Assembly: GCF_002571385.2 (NCBI RefSeq)
Contig: NW_019217874.1
Coordinates: 191,602-242,192, forward strand
Direction of reading: 5' to 3'
Origin: Stylophora pistillata
Taxonomy: Eukaryota
DNA: 50,591 bases
Under the pieces are notes generated by a model. It searched no databases. It was not told the origin of the DNA and saw only the letters and a list, made by a program, of their open reading frames with translations. Shown one piece after another: positions 44,132 through 50,591 of the stretch (its first letter is position 1; each line of letters begins with the position of its first letter). The position numbers and the translations under genes were made by a program.

Positions 44132-47100
44132 ATGTCTTCCGGTGAGAAACTTCCTAAAGGCAAGGGCAAGAAAGCTGCCCCGAAAGCTAGTTCCACTAAA
44201 GGTACGACATGTTTTGTTTCTGTCATGAAATTTGGTTTTAGATAACGAACTTGGAGCCAATAGGTAAATGAATTTTTCTTTAATAGCGTTGTTGAGAGAC
44301 ATCTAAATTTCACCCGGATGATATGTAGAATTATTGTTCTTAACCATGTATGACATTCCAGTCAGTTTTACGCCCCTACGCTCAAATTGCGCGACCCGTG
44401 TCCATAACAAACATTGACAAACATCTGTTTTGATGAAGAGTGAAATAGTTCTGTTTTTTTTTTATACGATACCATTCATTTCATTGCCTTCCTTTTTTTC
44501 TTTTTCGTAATAACAAGGTAAAGAACCTCAGCTGAACGACCGTCGATTCCGAGGAGAAGGCGTAAAATTCAAGTGCAAAGTAAGTTCTTCAATGTCTCCT
44601 CCTACACGATTTAAACAAGGAACTCAAAACTGTGAATCGCTAACGCATCAGTTAGATTTTGGTTATAACCATACTTGAATTCTTGTGTTATATTATTTAA
44701 CGTATAGTAACGTTAAACAGATCTTCGGTAAAACATGATATAAATTATAAGAATTTGTAAACTGTTGTAGGCTGAGGGGTGATGTACATTTAAAGACGTG
44801 CAATTGCTTAGTAACGGTTGTCTCTATTTCTTGCAGCTTGTAGGCACAGCAGATGTGAACAACGCAAGAGGTGATGCAATGTGTGCAGAGGTCATCAACA
44901 ATTTAAAGGTTGGTAGTTGTTTGAATTAATATTGTAGCATACAATTTTAGTTACATCACGTAAATATCGATTTTGATTGGTTCTGTGCGGGCTTATTTGG
45001 GTGTTACGAAAACTAAGACCCTCAAAAAAGAAGACCTAAGACCCGTCTTAGTTTTCGAGATTACAAAAACTAAGACCTCCTAAAATCGAATCCGTCGAAA
45101 TATAAAGTCAAATTGTAACCAAAACAGGTCTAATCTGTCAAATTATCTCCTGTCCGATCCTTTCCTCCGAGTTTTAGGTCAAATTTAACAGTAAATTTAG
45201 GGGTCTTAGTTTTCATAATCTTGAAAACTAAGACCCCTCTTAGTTTTCGTAATTGGGAAAACTAAGACACCCCCAAAACCATTCTATAAAATGACTACAA
45301 AGTCAAACTATGACTGTGGACATTATATTAAGAACCCACAGAAAGCTCATATTCAGTCAATCGAGCAATAACACTGGTATACTTGCAATAAGTGGTTTGC
45401 ACATTATGTCATTGCTGCCATGTTGGTGGGGGCAACCCTAAAACCAGGAAACCGGAAACCGGAATCCGGAATCCAAAAATAAAGCAAAAACAAAGTTTTT
45501 CAAATACACAAAAGTTAAGTTGCAAATTTTTCTCCTGGAAATATAAAAAGGTCAATAAAAAATGGCATCAAAGCACAGCTCTTTTGATAAAAAGGACTCC
45601 CGGCATTTCAGTTCAATAGACAACCGTTAATCCTTGTGAGGGCTATGGATATGTTGTAGTTCAATTTTATCCTTGGTTCAAATTTTATTTTCCTTTGTTC
45701 TTGGTCATGTTAATGTTTGGTAATGAGTTTGAAACAAAGGAAAATAAAATTTGAATCAAGGATAAAATTGAACTACAACAGATATACCAACCATACCAAT
45801 GCATCATAATTTGATTCTAAGTACTCGAAAAGCGACTAAAGTGCGATTGCTTGTAACTGCCTTGTTGTTAAGTGATCTGCATGCAATTTTCCAGAGTTAT
45901 AACTTGGCCTTCATGCCCAGTAGATACACAACAAGTCAGCAAATGTCATAGAGAAGAGGCATTTCTATTAATAACTGGTTAAGGGGGTAACAAGTCATCA
46001 TTTTGCTTTCCACCCTGTCCTGCCCAAGTAATCTAAATCCTTGGTACAAGTGGTGGCGAGAAATGGTCTGTTTATGTTCATGTGGGCCTGGAATCTGTTT
46101 TTAAACAAAGATGGAGGATCAAAGCTTGAACAGTGTCATGAAAAAGAAAACCTTTAATTGCAAATGTTTGAAGAATAACTTGTCTTGGGTTGTGCTCACT
46201 GGTAAGTCTCATTACATACTTAAGGTTTCGTAAAACAGTTCAACCACTCGACCAGCATCCTTAGCTATAAGCTGAAATATTACGAACTAAACTTGACCAA
46301 GTATTTTCTCGAATTGTCCGTCCACCAGATTACAACTTAAATCAGTATATCTTTACAAAACCGGTGTCCGGATTCTGGTTTCCGGCTTCTGGTTTCCAGA
46401 TTCTGGATTCCAGATTCTGATTTCCGGTTTCCATTTTGCTGGTTTTATGGTTGCCCTGTTGGTGGACGTAAACAATAGATATCTCATCAACTTCTTTTGT
46501 TGGGAAAGCGCTAACATCGATTTTATCTGTTTCTGAACAAAGGAGTTAATCTCCGACACTGGAAATCGCGACCAGTATTCCTTGTGACTCCCCAAGTTTG
46601 TTTTCCAATTTGTCCTAGCCGCTGCTGATCACTTCTTGTGTAAAAACTTACGAAACCTGTGAAGTGGAACTAGGGTGGCTACTGTTGCTTGCCGATATTA
46701 TTCATCGGCAAAATGTAGTAAGTCAGTAAAAGTGGCCAATTCTGCCAGGGAAATTTTATTGTCTGGAGCTTGGACTTGTCAGGAGAGTTTCCTTGACAGC
46801 TGGATTACACCCCATGTTGTGAAACCATTTGTGAAGACATCACGTTTTTTCTTTGCTTCTTTTGTCACATTTCTTCACTTTGTTATGTTTTTTCTTTGCT
46901 TTTTTTGTCACATTTCTTCGCTTCATGATGTTACAGTAGCACGGGAAATCTAACCGAATTTATTATCGAATATGAGCTGTGGGTTCTTAAGTTAATGTCC
47001 ATGTGCAATCCGCCAAAACCTAGCACGTGTGCAGAAGTTATTCAGCACCGTCACAGGTAACGCAATCTCGATCGCAGAGACACGTAGAATAACATCCATC

Positions 47101-49595
47101 TTCAATGGAAAGCCAATGTTATGATTTAAAGGATAGACAACAAAATTAAAGATCAATTGGGGTAAGGCATATTTTCAGTGTACAATTATACGTAGGTAGT
47201 GTATTGCTTTCATCGTCTCTATAAAGCCACAATGCTGAAAATATGTCTGCAAATTGTTAGAAGAAGTGGATCGTCTAGCACGCGTACAATTATAGTTTTT
47301 GGTTGTTTTACGGATTATAGTCTTTGAACGGTCATAATTCAACTTTGTAGACATTTTACAGACTGGTTTGGTGGGGGTCTTAGTTTTCGTAATTACAAAA
47401 ACTAAGAGGGGTCTTAGTTTTCGAGATTATGAAAACTAAGACCCCTAAATTTACCATTAAATTTGACGTAAAACTCGGTGGAAAGGACCGGACAGGAGAT
47501 AATTTGACAGATTAGACCTGTTTTGGTGACAATTTGACTTTATATTTCGAAGGATTCGATTTTAGGGGGTCTTAGTTTTTGTAATCTCGAAAACTAAGAC
47601 GGGTCTTAGGTCTTTGGTCTTCGTTTTTGAGGGTCTTAGTTTTCGTAACACCCAGGCTTATTTTGTGATTCAACTGTTTCTTTATTCCATTCATTTACTT
47701 AGTGTTTAGTATTTATCTAATATGATCATTACTTCTTTGTGTTTTCACATATTCACAGTTTCTGTTGTTGAGAAAAGATGTATTATGTCTACTCATCCCA
47801 ATCTTGTGACTCTCAGAAATTGTTAGACGATAATGAGTAATGGTAATAGAGCCTAAGGAGTCCAATTTGGTTTGTAATCATATAAGTGATTAAAAGAATT
47901 GAATGGCAGCAAAACTGGATTCTGATATCTCAGTCACAAATAATTATGATTACTGAGCAAATTAGACAACATGAATTCCTAGTGTCAATAACTATTGCAG
48001 TTACTGAGAAAAAAATGTATCTTTGAAAGAGAGGCTTGTCATTGCAATCTTAAATACTTAACTATTACAATCTTGTGATGAAAGTGCAATGGAAGCTCTA
48101 TGTTTTGTCTAATGAACTAATTTCTTCCACTCTGGGGAAATCCCCAGTTTTGGATGGTAAGTGGTGCTATGGTGACTATCATCAAGTTTGTGATTGGTGG
48201 ATTCATGTGAGTACATGTATACTCAGTGTGATTGGCTGATGTAGCTGTTGGATTACAACTTTACAGATGAATGTGTAAAAAAAAATCAGTTCATCCACCA
48301 ATTACATTTGACAAGACTAATGGTTATAATTATAACCAAAGACTTCAGATATTTTTTAGCCATTTGCCATCTGAATTATAATTTCCACTCACCAGAACAA
48401 TTTTCATGGCAAGTTAAAAATAAGCCAGAGCTAAGTTGGGTAAAGCAGTTTGTCGAAAATGCAGATTCAACTGCCATGGTAATACATGGTTTTTATCCAT
48501 GGTTAACCTAGTAATTTATTTTTGTTCACTCAATTTGAGTTCTGTCAAGCTAGTTTGTTATATGTTACCATAATTTTGTTGTGATTGGTTGGTGTGATTA
48601 GTTTGGGTTTGGTTGGTGTCACTCAGTTCAGGAGGGGTTCAGCTGTCCAAACTTTGATGGTGATTATAATGCCAGTGCATTTGTATTGTCTAGAGAATAG
48701 TTTGTTTTTTGGTCAGATGTGACTATAATTTGTGTGTTATTTTCATGCAAGTAGTTTATTTCCTACAGTTTCTGTCTTTATAAAAATGCTATCAGATGTT
48801 TGTCCTGTCTTTGCAACTTTTAATAGTTTTGTTGTGTAAAACTTTTGCTCTTTTTTTTTATGTGGATGCAAAATGAATTTCATAAAATTATTTTGGTGCC
48901 AGCATTTTGTAATCCTTAATATGTATTTCCTAAAGTTTCTGTTTTGATCAGGGTTTATTCTAGAAATTGGCCAAAGATGGCCCATTGGCCTCCTTTAAAC
49001 ACTGGGGGACCCTTTTCCAAGGGAGGTTGCTTAGAAAATGATTATCTTAACAAGTGTTTAAACTTAATGGTACTCCTGTTATAAAGTCAGTGTGTAGGCA
49101 TGAAAAAAACTACAATCGAGACAGTAAAATGGTGTTAAGCTTGAAGTGACTGTAGCAGCTGTTGTATCAATTGAGACAGTAAAATGGTGTTAAGCTTGAA
49201 GTAACTGTAGCAGCTGTTGTAAAATGGTGTTAAGCTTGAAGTGACTGTAGCAGCTGTTGTATTAGTGTTTTATGTGCCCATTTGAAGCTCAGTTTTATGG
49301 AGAAAGGTTTTTTGAATTGTGGAAATCCTGCAATAGGATAAACCCTGTTGACAAAATCGGTACCAAATTGTTTATCCTCTCAATATATTTCAGTTAAGTT
49401 GGGGATATAAACTTTTCTGTGTTGTTGTTTTTTCTGTTGCATGTTTGGATAACATTTCATAACTTTATTTGGTACTTAAATTTTCTAATTCAGGTGCAAG
49501 CCTTAAAGATGAATAAAGAAAGTGGGGAGCACAAGCAGAAAATAATACTCTATACTTCTTTGAAAGGAATCAGGATTGTGGATGAGAAGACTCTG
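44132..49595 (+). CDS. DAB: Disabled (DAB1/DAB2-like) PTB adaptor, first four exons; the gene continues past the window
   Basis: Exons 44132-44201, 44518-44579, 44837-44908 and 49494-49595 give RRFRGEGVKFKCKLVGTADVNNARGDAMC..LK..GEHKQKIILYTSLKGIRIVDEKT, matching the DAB PTB pattern RFKGEGVRYKAKLIG..ARGD..GEHKQKI..DEKT. Confidence 0.88.
45430..46456. mobile_element. Nested non-autonomous element with a 9-bp TSD TGTTGGTGG (Mutator/MULE-like)
   Basis: TIRs GGGCAACC(C/A)TAAAACCAG, subterminal 7-bp GGAA(A/T)CC repeats, and the TSD at 45421-45429 and 46457-46465. Confidence 0.8.
45649..45784. mobile_element. ~135-bp hairpin MITE nested inside the MULE-like element
   Basis: TGTTGTAGTTCAATTTTATCCTTG.TTCAAATTTTATTTTCCTTTGTT and its near-perfect reverse complement flank a ~30-bp loop. 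Confidence 0.8.
49119..49261. repeat. Three imperfect tandem copies of a ~42-54-bp unit
   Basis: GTAAAATGGTGTTAAGCTTGAAGT(G/A)ACTGTAGCAGCTGTTGTA occurs three times. Confidence 0.9.
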
Positions 49596-50136
49596 GTAAG
49601 CAATGTCTAGTTATAGGGGCAGATATTGAAAAGAAGGTATGCTTATACATGCAAACAATGAATTGACAGTGAAATAATGGCTTTCAACTCACTCTATTTC
49701 ATGGAGAGTAGTGAAACATCTGACCACCAGATCAATCAAGTTTACCCAATTTACTTGCCTGTTGAATCATCATACTTGCTCTAGGCAATTGGGCAAGTGC
49801 TTGTGTAAAACACTATTAGATTTTTTTACTTCAGAATGTAGTATCCAAAGTAGGCACCCCTGATTATTCTAGTAGACTTCCTCGACATGTTGCTGGATCC
49901 CATTCATGCTTATAGGTGGAAGGACACTATTTTCGTTAAAAGTGAAGAACAGCTCCCCTAAAATTCTGTCAGCTGACTGTCGGCTAACTGTCGGCTAACT
50001 GTCAGCCAGCAGTATACCAACAGTTGACCGACAGTTGACCAACAGCAAATTGACACTTAATTTGACAAGTGTAAAGACATCACAGTTACTCGACCCTTAC
50101 CGTTCTAGTAGAATCAGGCGCATGATGTACCACAAA

Positions 50137-50591
50137 TTAGATCTTGTGATTACAAGATCTGATGATATTGTTTCGAATTTAACAATTGGTTCTCCTTTTG
50201 TCATCTCTGATCATGCTGCTGTTCACTTCCAGCTCTCGCTTAATAAGCCGCCGCTCGACAAGAAGGTTATTTCATTCAGAAAGCTTCGATCTATTGATTT
50301 TGATAATTTCTGTGCTGATGTTATGAATTCAAGCCTTCCTGACCTTTTTGCCTCGTCATCTTCATCCTTGGATTATTTGATTGATCAATATAACAGAGTC
50401 CTTACTTCCATACTCGAGACTCATGCTCCACTGCAAACCAAGATAGTTACTTTGCGTCCCGCTGCACCTTGGTATTCTGAGGAGATAAATAATTTAAAGA
50501 GATCCCGTAGAAAACTTGAACGACGCTGGCGAATGACCAAACTTCCTTCTGATCGTAAGTTGTTTATTGAGGGATGTGATGCTGTCAACAA
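50137..50591 (+). mobile_element. 5'-truncated L2/CR1-group LINE ORF2 (end of the APE endonuclease plus linker), running off the window inside a DAB intron
   Basis: An uninterrupted frame reads LDLVITRS..ISDHAAVHF..FRKLRSIDFDNF..ILETHAPL..APWYSEEI..KRSRRKLERRWR. Confidence 0.88.

Larger units (their letters stand above)
44998..47654. mobile_element. 2.66-kb non-autonomous DNA transposon with ~285-bp TIRs and an 8-bp TSD GGCTTATT (Zisupton-like, tentative)
   Basis: Termini are TGGGTGTTACGAAAACTAAGACC and its reverse complement, with a repeated AAAACTAAGAC motif in the TIRs. The TSD lies at 44990-44997 and 47655-47662. Confidence 0.85.

Overview
This is an AT-rich, intron-rich animal genomic window from a gapped scaffold (N runs at 24637-24794 and 30617-30634). 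The repeat content suggests a scleractinian coral, probably Pocilloporidae; that assignment is an inference. I reconstructed seven genes by hand from GT-AG junctions and reading phase. In order they are COA7-like (-), a 24-exon class IA PI3K regulatory subunit (+), calreticulin (+, 5' exons missing at a gap), JMJD7 (-), COMMD2 (+), CDC16/APC6 (-) and the 5' part of a Disabled (DAB) PTB gene (+). JMJD7, COMMD2 and CDC16 have intronless CDSs, and six of the seven genes form three head-to-head pairs. The p85-like protein has an extended SH3-C1-SAM-C1-RhoGAP-SH2-iSH2-SH2 architecture, and its RhoGAP arginine finger is replaced by Ser. The best candidate for an undescribed system is a ~250-bp non-coding unit with a tRNA-Thr(AGT)-like module, a T-run and serial hairpins. 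It occurs as tandem multimers with an internal inversion, and one copy has a 13-bp target-site duplication, consistent with a retrozyme-like or Penelope-mobilised RNA element. Other observations are a minimal hammerhead ribozyme, a fold-back element carrying an intact THAP mini-ORF, two tandem duplications of p85 splice donors, and several nested DNA transposons. A 2.4-kb calreticulin 3' copy sits inside a p85 intron and is probably an assembly artefact. All coordinates were counted by eye and no database searches were run.
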